Notes: generated by a model not told the origin, from the sequence alone. DNA of 10,153 nucleotides from Candidatus Krumholzibacteriia bacterium (GCA_036478295.1 JAZGDW010000206.1:1-10153), one strand, 5' to 3'. Positions 1-7,977 are shown, numbered from the stretch's first letter. Translations and numbers: made by a program.

Positions 1-180
1 GATCACGCGGGCGGCGCCGACAAGAACCGTCTTTATAATGACACGCTTGAGCTCGAGCCGGGTGAATATGTTCTCTTCTATGAATCGGATGGATCCCACT
101 CATTCAATCGCTGGAATGCCAAGCCCCCCGCCGATCCCTGGAATTGGGGTGTGACGGTCAAACTGGCCAACAAGAACTAA
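1..180 (+). CDS. C-terminal fragment of a hypothetical protein (gene starts before the window)
   Basis: Frame 1 is open from base 1 to TAA at 178-180: DHAGGADKNRLYNDTLELEPGEYVLFYESDGSHSFNRWNAKPPADPWNWGVTVKLANKN*. It looks protein-like and ends 30 nt before the next co-directional gene. It is absent from the ORF track because it has no start codon in the window. Confidence 0.8.
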   Translation, partial: DHAGGADKNRLYNDTLELEPGEYVLFYESDGSHSFNRWNAKPPADPWNWGVTVKLANKN

Positions 181-210
181 CGCGCAAGGAGCGCGTCGAA
201 GGGGGAAGAA

Positions 211-1155
211 ATGCACAAGAAGGCACTGTGGCTGTCGCTGGCGTGTGTTTTTCTTGGCGCCGGCACGGTTTGGGGCGGTTCGGTCGACCTCGCCGTCGAC
301 AACGTCGGTTTGAGTATCGGGAACTCGAAACACTTCACCGGCCTGCGGATCAACTTTACCGATGAGCGCGTCGAGAGAATCAACGGAATCAATCTAACGC
401 TGTGGAAGCCCGGGGACAACCCGCGTGCGGAAATCCAGGGACTGCAGCTCGGTCTCGTCGGTATCGACGCCCGGGAGCTGCGAGGCATCATGCTCACCGG
501 CGTTGGTCTCGGGGCGGAGCGCGTTGCAGGTGTGGCCGTCGGCCTGGTTGGTATCGGCGGCGAGACCAGTGTGACGGGAATCGGTGTCGGGGGAGTCGGC
601 CTGGGCGGTGGTGATCTCAACGGGATCATGCTCGGCGGTGTCGGCCTGGGTGCAGACGACATCAACGGCATCGGCGTTGGCGGCCTCGGCGTCGGTGGCG
701 ACAACATGAAGGGACTTTTCGCCGGCGGGCTCGGCATCGGCGGTAATGATATGCAAGGTATCTTTGCCGGCGGGCTCGGCATCGGCGGTAATGATATGCA
801 AGGTACCTTTGCCGGCGGGCTCGGCGTCGGCGGTGCCGACATGAGGGGCCTGTTCTTCGGAGGTCTGGGTGTCGGTGGCGACGCGATTTCCGGTGTTGCA
901 GTGGGTGGGCTCGGCATTGGAGCCGAGGAGGCAAGAGGCATTGCCATCGGTGGACTGATGAGCCGGTTTGACTATGCCGAGGGGCTGGTCGCATCGGCGC
1001 ACAACCAGGTTCGCGAAGAGATGATCGGTGTGCAACTCGGCCTCTATAATTTTGCACGCGTCCTCAGTGGCGTGCAGCTTGGTCTCATCAACTACGCGGG
1101 CAACAATCCGAAGCTGCTTCGCGTGTTGCCTGGTATCAACTTTCACCTGAGATAA
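211..1155 (+). CDS. Secreted glycine-rich 15-aa repeat protein (putative beta-solenoid; resembles LA_2272-type surface-repeat proteins)
   Basis: ATG at 211 follows a purine-rich RBS (GAAGGGGGAAGAA). Signal peptide MHKKALWLSLACVFLGAGTVWG. About 12 clear repeats of the GIxxGGLGIGGxDxx type, then GVQLGLYN/GVQLGLINYA repeats and a C-terminal LPGINF. Confidence 0.8.
   Translation: MHKKALWLSLACVFLGAGTVWGGSVDLAVDNVGLSIGNSKHFTGLRINFTDERVERINGINLTLWKPGDNPRAEIQGLQLGLVGIDARELRGIMLTGVGLGAERVAGVAVGLVGIGGETSVTGIGVGGVGLGGGDLNGIMLGGVGLGADDINGIGVGGLGVGGDNMKGLFAGGLGIGGNDMQGIFAGGLGIGGNDMQGTFAGGLGVGGADMRGLFFGGLGVGGDAISGVAVGGLGIGAEEARGIAIGGLMSRFDYAEGLVASAHNQVREEMIGVQLGLYNFARVLSGVQLGLINYAGNNPKLLRVLPGINFHLR
721..834 (+). 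repeat. 45-bp coding tandem repeat, about 2.5 copies
   Basis: 721-765 and 766-810 (GCCGGCGGGCTCGGCATCGGCGGTAATGATATGCAAGGTA[T/C]CTTT) differ at 1 base; the partial third copy 811-834 has 1 mismatch. Confidence 0.95.
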
Positions 1156-1184
1156 GGCGGCGGAAAACGCCGCAGGAATGGTGT

Positions 1185-1214
1185 CCCGGGGTCAGACTGG
1201 CCCCGGGTTTTTTT
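1185..1214 (+). terminator. Rho-independent terminator between convergent genes
   Basis: Stem CCCGGGGTCA-gac-TGGCCCCGGG (1185-1207, one G-U pair) followed by T7 (1208-1214). A second small hairpin GCGGCG-gaaaa-CGCCGC lies at 1157-1173. Confidence 0.85.
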
Positions 1215-1225
1215 GCGAGCGGTGT

Positions 1226-2410
1226 TCAAAGATCATCACGGTGGCCACGCTTCGGCTCACCCCTCCATATCGACTTCGGGCCGAAACGGGCCTGGAGGTC
1301 ATCGAGCAGGTGGTCCACTCGTTCCTCTTGCTCGCGGGTCCGGTCGGGGAAAAGCTCCGGCTCCCCCTCGGCGGGCCGCACGAGCGTCGACACCGATACG
1401 CCAAGGAGCCTGAGCGGTCTGCCTTCGCGCCCCAGGCGACTCTCCAGGAGCCGGCGTGCCGCGCCGATAATCACCTGGGTGGCGGCGGTTGATGCGGGCA
1501 AGGTCACCGCCCGGGTGACGGTGGTGAAGTCGGGGTAGCGTGCCTTGATGTGAACGGTATGCGCGCGGAAACCCTCCTTGCGGAGGCGTTTTGCCACCCC
1601 GGTGGCAAGACCGTCCAGCCAGCGCCGCAGCTCGCCGTCGTCTTCGATGTCCTCCGCGAATGTCGTCTCGGCCCCAATGGATTTGGATTCCTCGCCCACG
1701 ACCACGGGGCGGTCGTCGATGCCGCGGGCGAGATCGCGCAGCCGGCGTGCGTACGACCCCACGATGGACTCGAGCCGCTCGGCGGGCATGGCGAGAAGGT
1801 CTCTTACCCGGTGCACGCCGTGGCTGGCCAGGTGCTTCTGCGAGACCTTGCCGACGCCCCACAGTTTGCCCACGGGCAGGCAGGCCAGACGCGCCTCGCC
1901 CTTTCCCGGCTGAATGACCACGAAACCGTCGGGCTTTTCGAGATCGCTGGCCAGCTTGGCCAGAAACTTGTTTTCCGCCACTCCGACCGACGCGGTCAAG
2001 CCTGTTTCATCCCGGATGCGCGCCTTTATCGTTGTTCCGATCTCGGATGCACGGCCGAAAAGACGACGGCTGCTGGTTACATCCAGAAACGCCTCGTCGA
2101 TGGAGATGGGTTCGACCAGAGGCGTGTATTCCCTGAAAATCGCGAACACCCTTTTGGAATAGGTCACATAGTGACCCATGCGTGGCGCAAGAAAAATTGC
2201 GTGCGGGCAGAGCTTTCTGGCCTGGTACGAGCTCATCGCGCTGTGCACGCCGTACTTTCGCACCGCGTACGAAGCAGCGGCCACCACGCCGCGCCCGTCC
2301 GGCGTGCCGCCTACGATCACCGGTTTGTCGCGGAGTTCGGGATTTTCGAGGATCTCGATGGACGCGTAGAAAGCGTCCATGTCGATATGCAAAATGGCAC
2401 GGTGCGACAT
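1226..2410 (-). CDS. dinB: DNA polymerase IV (Y-family, DinB)
   Basis: MSHRAILHIDMDAFYASIE, GRGVVAAASYAVRKYGVHSAM, VEPISIDEAFLD, NKFLAKLASDLEKPDG, HhH LWGVG, little-finger KSIGAETTF...RLLGV, and clamp-motif-like EPELF. Start placed at ATG 2410 because the family N-terminus begins there (394 aa); the ORF-track extension to 2560 is not protein-like. Confidence 0.95.
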   Translation of the reverse strand: MSHRAILHIDMDAFYASIEILENPELRDKPVIVGGTPDGRGVVAAASYAVRKYGVHSAMSSYQARKLCPHAIFLAPRMGHYVTYSKRVFAIFREYTPLVEPISIDEAFLDVTSSRRLFGRASEIGTTIKARIRDETGLTASVGVAENKFLAKLASDLEKPDGFVVIQPGKGEARLACLPVGKLWGVGKVSQKHLASHGVHRVRDLLAMPAERLESIVGSYARRLRDLARGIDDRPVVVGEESKSIGAETTFAEDIEDDGELRRWLDGLATGVAKRLRKEGFRAHTVHIKARYPDFTTVTRAVTLPASTAATQVIIGAARRLLESRLGREGRPLRLLGVSVSTLVRPAEGEPELFPDRTREQEERVDHLLDDLQARFGPKSIWRGEPKRGHRDDL

Positions 2411-2599
2411 TGGTCTGCCGCCCGGAGACACGGGCGTGCTCCTCCCCCGGTTTTGCGGGGCTTCTTGAAGTCCCGTGCGTGTGCTATTCTCACAACGGTG
2501 CGGCGAGAGCCTTATCGGCGCTCGTGATACGCCACTCTGCAGATAATGTACACCACCCAAGGTATTGTTGGCAGGAAAAACACAGCGAGGCGGGAAAAA

Positions 2600-3409
2600 G
2601 TGAAGTTGCAGTGGATCGGCGGCCCGACGTTTTTGCTCGAGCTGGGGAGTTTCAGGGTACTTGCCGACCCGGTTTTTGGCACCGGTGACGCGGCCTTCTA
2701 CCTGCGCACCACCCGCGAGAAGGCGTCGCGGGAAGAGAGTGACCGGGGCACCGGGCTACCGGTCACACGCCTTACGGAATTCCCCACCGTCAACATCGAC
2801 ACCCTCGACCTGGTGGTCGTAAGCCGCATGCGCGCGGACCACCTGGACCCCACGGCCATCGACCGTCTGGACAAGGACCTCACCATCATTCTGCCTGCCG
2901 GGCAGGCGAGCGCGTTGGAGGCGGACGGGTTCCATCGAACCCACCAGCTGGAATGGTGGCGGGAGGCGTTCGAAACTAAAGGGGAGGAGACGTTGACCGT
3001 CCTGGCGGTGCCCGTCGCCCGGCCGGAGGCGGGGAAACCCGCCGGTGACACCAACGGGTATATCATCGAGCACGCGGTGCGTGACAAAAAGTACACGATC
3101 TACTGGACCGGCGATACACTGTGGTTCCCGCAGGCGCGCGAGATAAAGGAGCGGTGCGGTGACGTGGATCTCATGATCGTTCACCTCGGCGCCGTGGGGG
3201 CAGGCGCCGACGACATGACGACGTTGAACGGCAAGGAGGCGATGCAGTTCGTCTTTATGTTTCAGCCGAAACGATTGCTGCCGATCAACCACAGCACGTT
3301 TTCACATTACACAGAATCCATCGACGACTTCAGGCAGCGTATCGATTTGACGATGTACGACCGCAGGCTCGTGCTGCTCGAAGAGGGAGAGACCTTCGAA
3401 CCAAAGTGA
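2600..3409 (+). CDS. Metallo-beta-lactamase-fold protein (UlaG/UPF0173-like) with a degenerate metal-binding motif
   Basis: GTG at 2600 after GAGGCGG. KLQWIGGPTFLLE...VLADP, DLVVVSRMRADHLD (position of HxHxDH), IYWTGDT, DLMIVHLG, LLPINHSTF. Confidence 0.85.
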   Translation: MKLQWIGGPTFLLELGSFRVLADPVFGTGDAAFYLRTTREKASREESDRGTGLPVTRLTEFPTVNIDTLDLVVVSRMRADHLDPTAIDRLDKDLTIILPAGQASALEADGFHRTHQLEWWREAFETKGEETLTVLAVPVARPEAGKPAGDTNGYIIEHAVRDKKYTIYWTGDTLWFPQAREIKERCGDVDLMIVHLGAVGAGADDMTTLNGKEAMQFVFMFQPKRLLPINHSTFSHYTESIDDFRQRIDLTMYDRRLVLLEEGETFEPK

Positions 3410-3417
3410 GGGGGATC

Positions 3418-4470
3418 ATGAAAGGCATCCGTATTCAGTTGACCGTCGTGACGATGCTCGTGTTGAGCATGGTGCTTACCGGTTGCGTAAGAAGAGAGAA
3501 CGATCAGTATACAAAAAAAGCCCCGAAAGAAAAACCGCTTGCCATCGTAATCCATGGCGGGGCGGGTACCATTCTCAAAGAGAACATGACACCGGAGCGC
3601 GAGAAGGCATACACGGACATCCTCACCGAGGTGCTCCAGGCCGGCTACGAGATTCTCGAGCAAGGCGGCAGCAGTCTCGACGCGGTGGAGGGCGCGATTC
3701 GCATCATGGAGGATTCCCCGCTGTTCAACGCAGGAAAGGGGGCGGTGTTCACCAACCAGGGCAAGAACGAGCTGGACGCGTCCATCATGGACGGTGCGAC
3801 GCTGCAGGCGGGCGCCGTCACCTCGGTAACGATCATCAAGAATCCGATCACGGCGGCACGGTTGGTCATGACCGATTCGAAGCACGTGCTGCTCGCCGGC
3901 AGGGGCGCCGAGCTCTTCGCGGGCGAACACGGTTTGGAGACGGTCGACCCCGACTATTTTTTTACCCAGCGTCGCTGGGATAGCCTGCTGAAAGCGAAGG
4001 AAAGGGACCGCTCGTCGAACGCCGCATCGCGTGAGGAAAAGTTCGGAACGGTCGGGGTGGTGGCGCTGGACAAGGACGGTAACCTCGCCGCCGGTACATC
4101 GACCGGCGGGCTCACCAACAAGCTCTACGGCCGCGTCGGTGACTCACCGATTATCGGCGCGGGATCCTACGCAAACAACAAGACCTGCGCGGTATCCGGT
4201 ACCGGCCAGGGTGAATATTTCATGCGGAATTTGGTGGCGTACGACGTATCGGTGTGGATGGAACACGAGGGCATGAGCGCGCAGCAGGCGGCGGATAAAG
4301 TGATCCAGGAGAAGCTCACCGAACTCGGCGGCACGGGCGGTGTCATCGTTCTGGACAAGGACGGCAACGTGGCGATGTCGTTCAACACCGAGGGCATGTA
4401 TCGGGGATTCATTGTCGGTGACGGTGTTCCCCACGTCTCGATATACGGAGAAGCGCCGCCCAGCGGATGA
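3418..4470 (+). CDS. iaaA: Isoaspartyl peptidase / plant-type L-asparaginase (Ntn hydrolase, T2 family) with a lipoprotein signal
   Basis: ATG at 3418 after GAGGGGG. IVIHGGAG, FNAGKG, ELDASIMDG, autocleavage/nucleophile FG|TVG, TSTGG, GRVGDSP, TGQGE. The N-terminus MKGIRIQLTVVTMLVLSMVLTGC ends in a lipobox (LTGC). Confidence 0.93.
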   Translation: MKGIRIQLTVVTMLVLSMVLTGCVRRENDQYTKKAPKEKPLAIVIHGGAGTILKENMTPEREKAYTDILTEVLQAGYEILEQGGSSLDAVEGAIRIMEDSPLFNAGKGAVFTNQGKNELDASIMDGATLQAGAVTSVTIIKNPITAARLVMTDSKHVLLAGRGAELFAGEHGLETVDPDYFFTQRRWDSLLKAKERDRSSNAASREEKFGTVGVVALDKDGNLAAGTSTGGLTNKLYGRVGDSPIIGAGSYANNKTCAVSGTGQGEYFMRNLVAYDVSVWMEHEGMSAQQAADKVIQEKLTELGGTGGVIVLDKDGNVAMSFNTEGMYRGFIVGDGVPHVSIYGEAPPSG

Positions 4471-4495
4471 TCTCGCAGCGTCCACTTATCTATGG

Positions 4496-4701
4496 AGCGG
4501 CGCCCCGTTGAATCGCTTCCTGGCCCACGCTCCACTTCGCTCGGCCACCCACGGCTAGCGCGGGTGGCAGCGAACGGGCGCCCGGCCGCGCGCAGCCTGC
4601 GAGCACGGACGGGCTGTTCGCTGACAGGACCCGCGCTAGCCGCGCGTGATCCTCGCTCGTTCCCGCATCGGGGCCCGTCACCGATTTAACGGGGCGCCGC
4701 T
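4496..4701. repeat. 206-bp palindromic MITE/REP-like intergenic element (copy 1)
   Basis: Terminal inverted repeats 4496-4515 (AGCGGCGCCCCGTTGAATCG) and 4682-4701 (CGATTTAACGGGGCGCCGCT), 19/20. Internal perfect 14-bp IR 4552-4565 / 4629-4642. Nested IR 4568-4577 / 4614-4623 (9/10, G-U). Confidence 0.8.
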
Positions 4702-4721
4702 TTAGAGAAGGGAAACACCCG

Positions 4722-5861
4722 ATGGCGGCCACGCACGATGTTGCGATAATCGGTCTCGGCGCCATGGGCAGCGCCGCCGCCTACCACCTGGCGCGGCGGG
4801 GACGCAAGGTCATCGCGTTCGATCTGTCCGTACCGCCGCACGCACTGGGTTCGACCCACGGCCAGTCGCGCATCATTCGCGAAGCCTATTTCGAGCACCC
4901 GCTCTACGTGCCGCTGGTGCGGCGGTCCTACGAATGCTGGCACCAGCTGCAGGCCGATGCGGGCAAGCCGCTCCTCAACCAGACGGGGGCCGTTCTTATC
5001 GGACCGGCGCAGGGCATGCTGGTGGGTGGGACGCGCCTCAGTGCCGACCGCTACGGCCTCGACTACGAAATGCTCACGGCGGATGAGGTTCGCCAGCGCT
5101 ACCCCGTGCTGCACCCGGCGGACGGGACGGTCGCGGTTTACGAGCCGCGTGCCGGCATCCTCTTTCCGGAGAAATGCGTGGAGGCTCACCTCGGGTTGGC
5201 ATCCCGGCACGGCGCCGAGCTTCATTTCGACGAAACGGTTACCGGATGGAAACCCAAGCGCAAAGGCGTAGAGATAACGACGGAGCGCGGGAAGTACGTC
5301 GCATCCCGGCTCGTGCTCACGCCCGGCGCCTGGATGAACCGCCTTTTGCCCGATCTCCAACTACCGCTCACCGTGGAGCGCCAGGTGATCTACTGGTTCG
5401 AGCCGATCGCAGGCCACGAAGCCTTCGAGCTGGGCAGGCTTCCCGTGTATGCATGGGAATACGAGGACGAAGCGCTGTTTTACGGATTTCCGAACCTGGG
5501 GGACGGGGTCAAGATCGCCGTGCACCATCAGGGAGTGGTCACCGACGTCGACTCCATCGATCGAACGGTGGACGAAACGGAAGTTGGAGCGATGCGGGCA
5601 CTCGTGAGTGGGTTCATCCCGGATCTCGCCGGCGCGCTCCTGCGCTCGGAAGTGTGCATGTACACCAACACACCGGACGAGCATTTTATCATCGATTTTC
5701 ATCCCGAGCTGCCCCAGGTACTGATCGTCAGTCCCTGTTCGGGGCACGGGTTCAAGTTCGCCGCGGTCATCGGCGAAATCACAGCGGACCTTCTCATCGA
5801 GGGCAAGACCGAGTTCGATCTGGCGCCGTTCCGGCTGGATCGGTTTAGCGAAAAGGAGTAA
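4722..5861 (+). CDS. solA: N-methyl-L-tryptophan oxidase / monomeric sarcosine oxidase family FAD-dependent oxidase
   Basis: Rossmann DVAIIGLGAMGSAAAYHLA, GSTHGQSRIIREAY, CMYTNTPDEHFIID (Cys at the covalent-FAD position of the MSOX/MTOX family), SPCSGHGFKF. RBS AGAAGGG upstream. Confidence 0.92.
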   Translation: MAATHDVAIIGLGAMGSAAAYHLARRGRKVIAFDLSVPPHALGSTHGQSRIIREAYFEHPLYVPLVRRSYECWHQLQADAGKPLLNQTGAVLIGPAQGMLVGGTRLSADRYGLDYEMLTADEVRQRYPVLHPADGTVAVYEPRAGILFPEKCVEAHLGLASRHGAELHFDETVTGWKPKRKGVEITTERGKYVASRLVLTPGAWMNRLLPDLQLPLTVERQVIYWFEPIAGHEAFELGRLPVYAWEYEDEALFYGFPNLGDGVKIAVHHQGVVTDVDSIDRTVDETEVGAMRALVSGFIPDLAGALLRSEVCMYTNTPDEHFIIDFHPELPQVLIVSPCSGHGFKFAAVIGEITADLLIEGKTEFDLAPFRLDRFSEKE

Positions 5862-5863
5862 GA

Positions 5864-7735
5864 ATGCAGAAACGTTCCGCAGTCGGCTTGCTGCTCTTTG
5901 CGACGAACGTGGCGACGAGATTCCGAAGGACGCTCACGCCGGTGACGCTCCGGTCGATCGTTTTGGCGATCGCAACGTTCCTGGTGACGACCGCGCTGCC
6001 GCCTGATGCAGCGCTCGCGCAGGATGATGAGCTCCTCACCGACTACGAGAAGTCGGGGTACAAGGCGACACCGCGCTACGAGGAGACTATCGACTACTGC
6101 AAACGTCTCGCCGGCGCTTCGCGGTGGCTGCGCTACACGACGTTTGGCACCAGTCCACAGGGCCGCGATCTGCCGCTTATCATCGTGGACAAGCACGAAA
6201 ATTTCACGCCGAAGCGCGTGCGCGGCAAGGGCAAGATCGTTCTGCTGATCCAGGCGGGGATTCACTCCGGCGAGATCGATGGCAAAGACGCCGGCTTCAT
6301 GCTGCTCCGTGACATCGCCGTGTCCCGGAAATACCCCGGCTTCCTCGATCACGTCGCGATCCTCTTTATTCCCATCTTCAGCGTGGACGGCCACGAGCGC
6401 TTTGGCCCCTACAACCGCATAAACCAGAACGGTCCCGAAGAAATGGGATGGCGGGTGACGGCGCAGAACCTCAATTTGAACCGGGATTATCTCAAGGTCG
6501 ACTCGCCGGAAATGCGCGCCTGGCTCGAGTTGTGGAACGAGTGGCGGCCGGATTTTTTTGTCGACTGCCACGTCACCGACGGTTCCGATTATCAGTACGT
6601 GGTGACCTACGGGCTGGAGGTCTACGGCGGTCTGACGACCGCGCTCTCCAACTGGACGAAGGATGTCTACATTAAAGATGTCGGCAAGAACATGGCGGTG
6701 TCGGGCTTTGACTTCTTTCCTTATGTAGGTTTGATAGAGCGGCCCGACCCGAGGGGCGGGATGCGAAGCTGGGTGGCATCGCCACGGTTCTCGACCGGCT
6801 ATACCGCCATTCATAACCGGCCCGGACTCCTGATCGAAACCCACATGCTCAAGGACTACAAGACACGGGTGACCGGTACCTACGAGCTGCTCAGGCACAC
6901 GGTGGATCTCCTGAACCGCGAGCACGCGGGGCTCAAGAAAGCCATCGAGCAGGCGGAGCGTTACACGGCCAGCAGCGAATTTCGCCGCAAGCCATTTGGC
7001 GTTAAGTACGAGCCCGATCCAGAGGGCGTCGACATCGATTTCAAAGGTATAAAGTTTACGGCGGGAAAGAGCGACCTTACCAACGGGACCTGGTTCAAAT
7101 TCAGCGGTGAGCCAGAGACCTTCCGCATCAAGTGGCTCAACAAGCAGAGGCCGACCGTCCTGGTCGATTTGCCGGAGGCCTACATCGTGCCGGTCGAATG
7201 GCAGGCCGTGATCGAACGGCTCGAGCTGCACGGCGTGGAGGTCAGGAGACTCAAGCGGCCCGTGACGCTGACCGTCGATTCGTACCGTTTCAAGAATCCA
7301 AAATGGAAACAGCAGCCGTTCGAGGGCCGCCACGAGCTCACGGTGGACGTCGAACCCATGCAGGAAGAACGCACCTACCCCGCGGGATCGGCCGTCATCG
7401 ATATGAACCAGCCCTTGTCGCAAGTGGCCGTGCACGTTCTCGAGCCAGGTGCGCCGGACTCCTACGTTCACTGGGGGTTCTTCGATACTATTTTCGAGCG
7501 CAAGGAATACGCGGAGTCGTATGTCATGGAGAAAATGGCGCGGGAGATGCTGGCGAACGACGCAGCGCTGCGTAGCGAGTTCGAAGCGAAGAAGGACGGG
7601 GACCCTGAGTTCGCGGCCGATCCGAGGGCGATTCTCGACTGGTTCTACCGGCGCACGCCCTACTGGGACGACCGTATCAACGTATACCCGGTCGGAAAGA
7701 TTTTCGAGCGCGACCGCGTGAACGCACTTCGCTGA
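5864..7735 (+). CDS. Secreted M14-family zinc carboxypeptidase
   Basis: AAGGAG at 5853-5858 before ATG 5864. Signal ending AALA-QDD; FGTSPQGRDL, GIHSGEIDG (HxxE), NLNLNRDY, FVDCHVTDG, LLIETHMLK. An alternative GTG start is possible at 5942. Confidence 0.9.
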   Translation: MQKRSAVGLLLFATNVATRFRRTLTPVTLRSIVLAIATFLVTTALPPDAALAQDDELLTDYEKSGYKATPRYEETIDYCKRLAGASRWLRYTTFGTSPQGRDLPLIIVDKHENFTPKRVRGKGKIVLLIQAGIHSGEIDGKDAGFMLLRDIAVSRKYPGFLDHVAILFIPIFSVDGHERFGPYNRINQNGPEEMGWRVTAQNLNLNRDYLKVDSPEMRAWLELWNEWRPDFFVDCHVTDGSDYQYVVTYGLEVYGGLTTALSNWTKDVYIKDVGKNMAVSGFDFFPYVGLIERPDPRGGMRSWVASPRFSTGYTAIHNRPGLLIETHMLKDYKTRVTGTYELLRHTVDLLNREHAGLKKAIEQAERYTASSEFRRKPFGVKYEPDPEGVDIDFKGIKFTAGKSDLTNGTWFKFSGEPETFRIKWLNKQRPTVLVDLPEAYIVPVEWQAVIERLELHGVEVRRLKRPVTLTVDSYRFKNPKWKQQPFEGRHELTVDVEPMQEERTYPAGSAVIDMNQPLSQVAVHVLEPGAPDSYVHWGFFDTIFERKEYAESYVMEKMAREMLANDAALRSEFEAKKDGDPEFAADPRAILDWFYRRTPYWDDRINVYPVGKIFERDRVNALR

Positions 7736-7746
7736 GGCAGCGGAGA

Positions 7747-7851
7747 GCGCGCTGTTGATTTGGTGACGGCCCGTCGTCGGAGCCAGCAAGGGGCGCCAGG
7801 TGGCCGAGCGAAGCGGAGCGCGGCACCGGAGACAATTCCACAGTGCGCCGC
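7747..7851. repeat. Shorter inverted copy (copy 2) of the 4496-4701 element
   Basis: 7799-7823 matches the reverse complement of 4525-4549 at 23/25. Both ends resemble the copy-1 termini, and it has its own imperfect terminal IR, 7747-7761 / 7834-7848. Confidence 0.72.
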
Positions 7852-7977
7852 CCCCTGACCTCCGCGAACAGTGTGTCACCGTAGACCGTTCACGCGGTTT
7901 GTGCGAGAATGCCAAACGCGATGTTCGGCGAGGTAGTTTTATGCGGCCGCCGCTGCGGCCGTCATGAGGAGGTATTC

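Noticed and set aside
2411..2599. SOS/LexA box or defined promoters in the divergent dinB / MBL intergenic region
   Set aside because: No CTGT-N8-ACAG or GAAC-N4-GTTC match was found. TGCTATTCT (2482-2490) could be an extended -10 but has no well-spaced -35, so it is too weak to call.
2411..2599. N-terminal extensions of dinB (to 2560) and of the MBL-fold gene (from 2546) given by the ORF track
   Set aside because: The extensions overlap each other and lie outside the family domains. Starts at 2410 and 2600 match the domain boundaries, and 2600 has an RBS.
4492..4765. Small ORFs 4492..4689 (+) and 4490..4765 (-) in the iaaA-solA gap
   Set aside because: They have low-complexity Arg/Ala/Pro composition, and the region is better explained by the palindromic element.
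5699..7915. 738-aa minus-strand ORF, and similar long antisense ORFs (177..947, 394..1146, 1550..2527, 3307..3930, 9341..9964)
   Set aside because: These are antisense shadows of well-supported genes in high-GC DNA and carry no recognisable motifs. The Pro/Ser repeats of 177..947 simply mirror the Gly repeats.
7941..7965. Hairpin ATG-CGGCCGC-cgct-GCGGCCG-t-CAT just upstream of the DUF2269 RBS as a riboswitch or regulator
   Set aside because: It is a short GC stem that does not sequester the GAGGAGG, and no recognisable aptamer is present.
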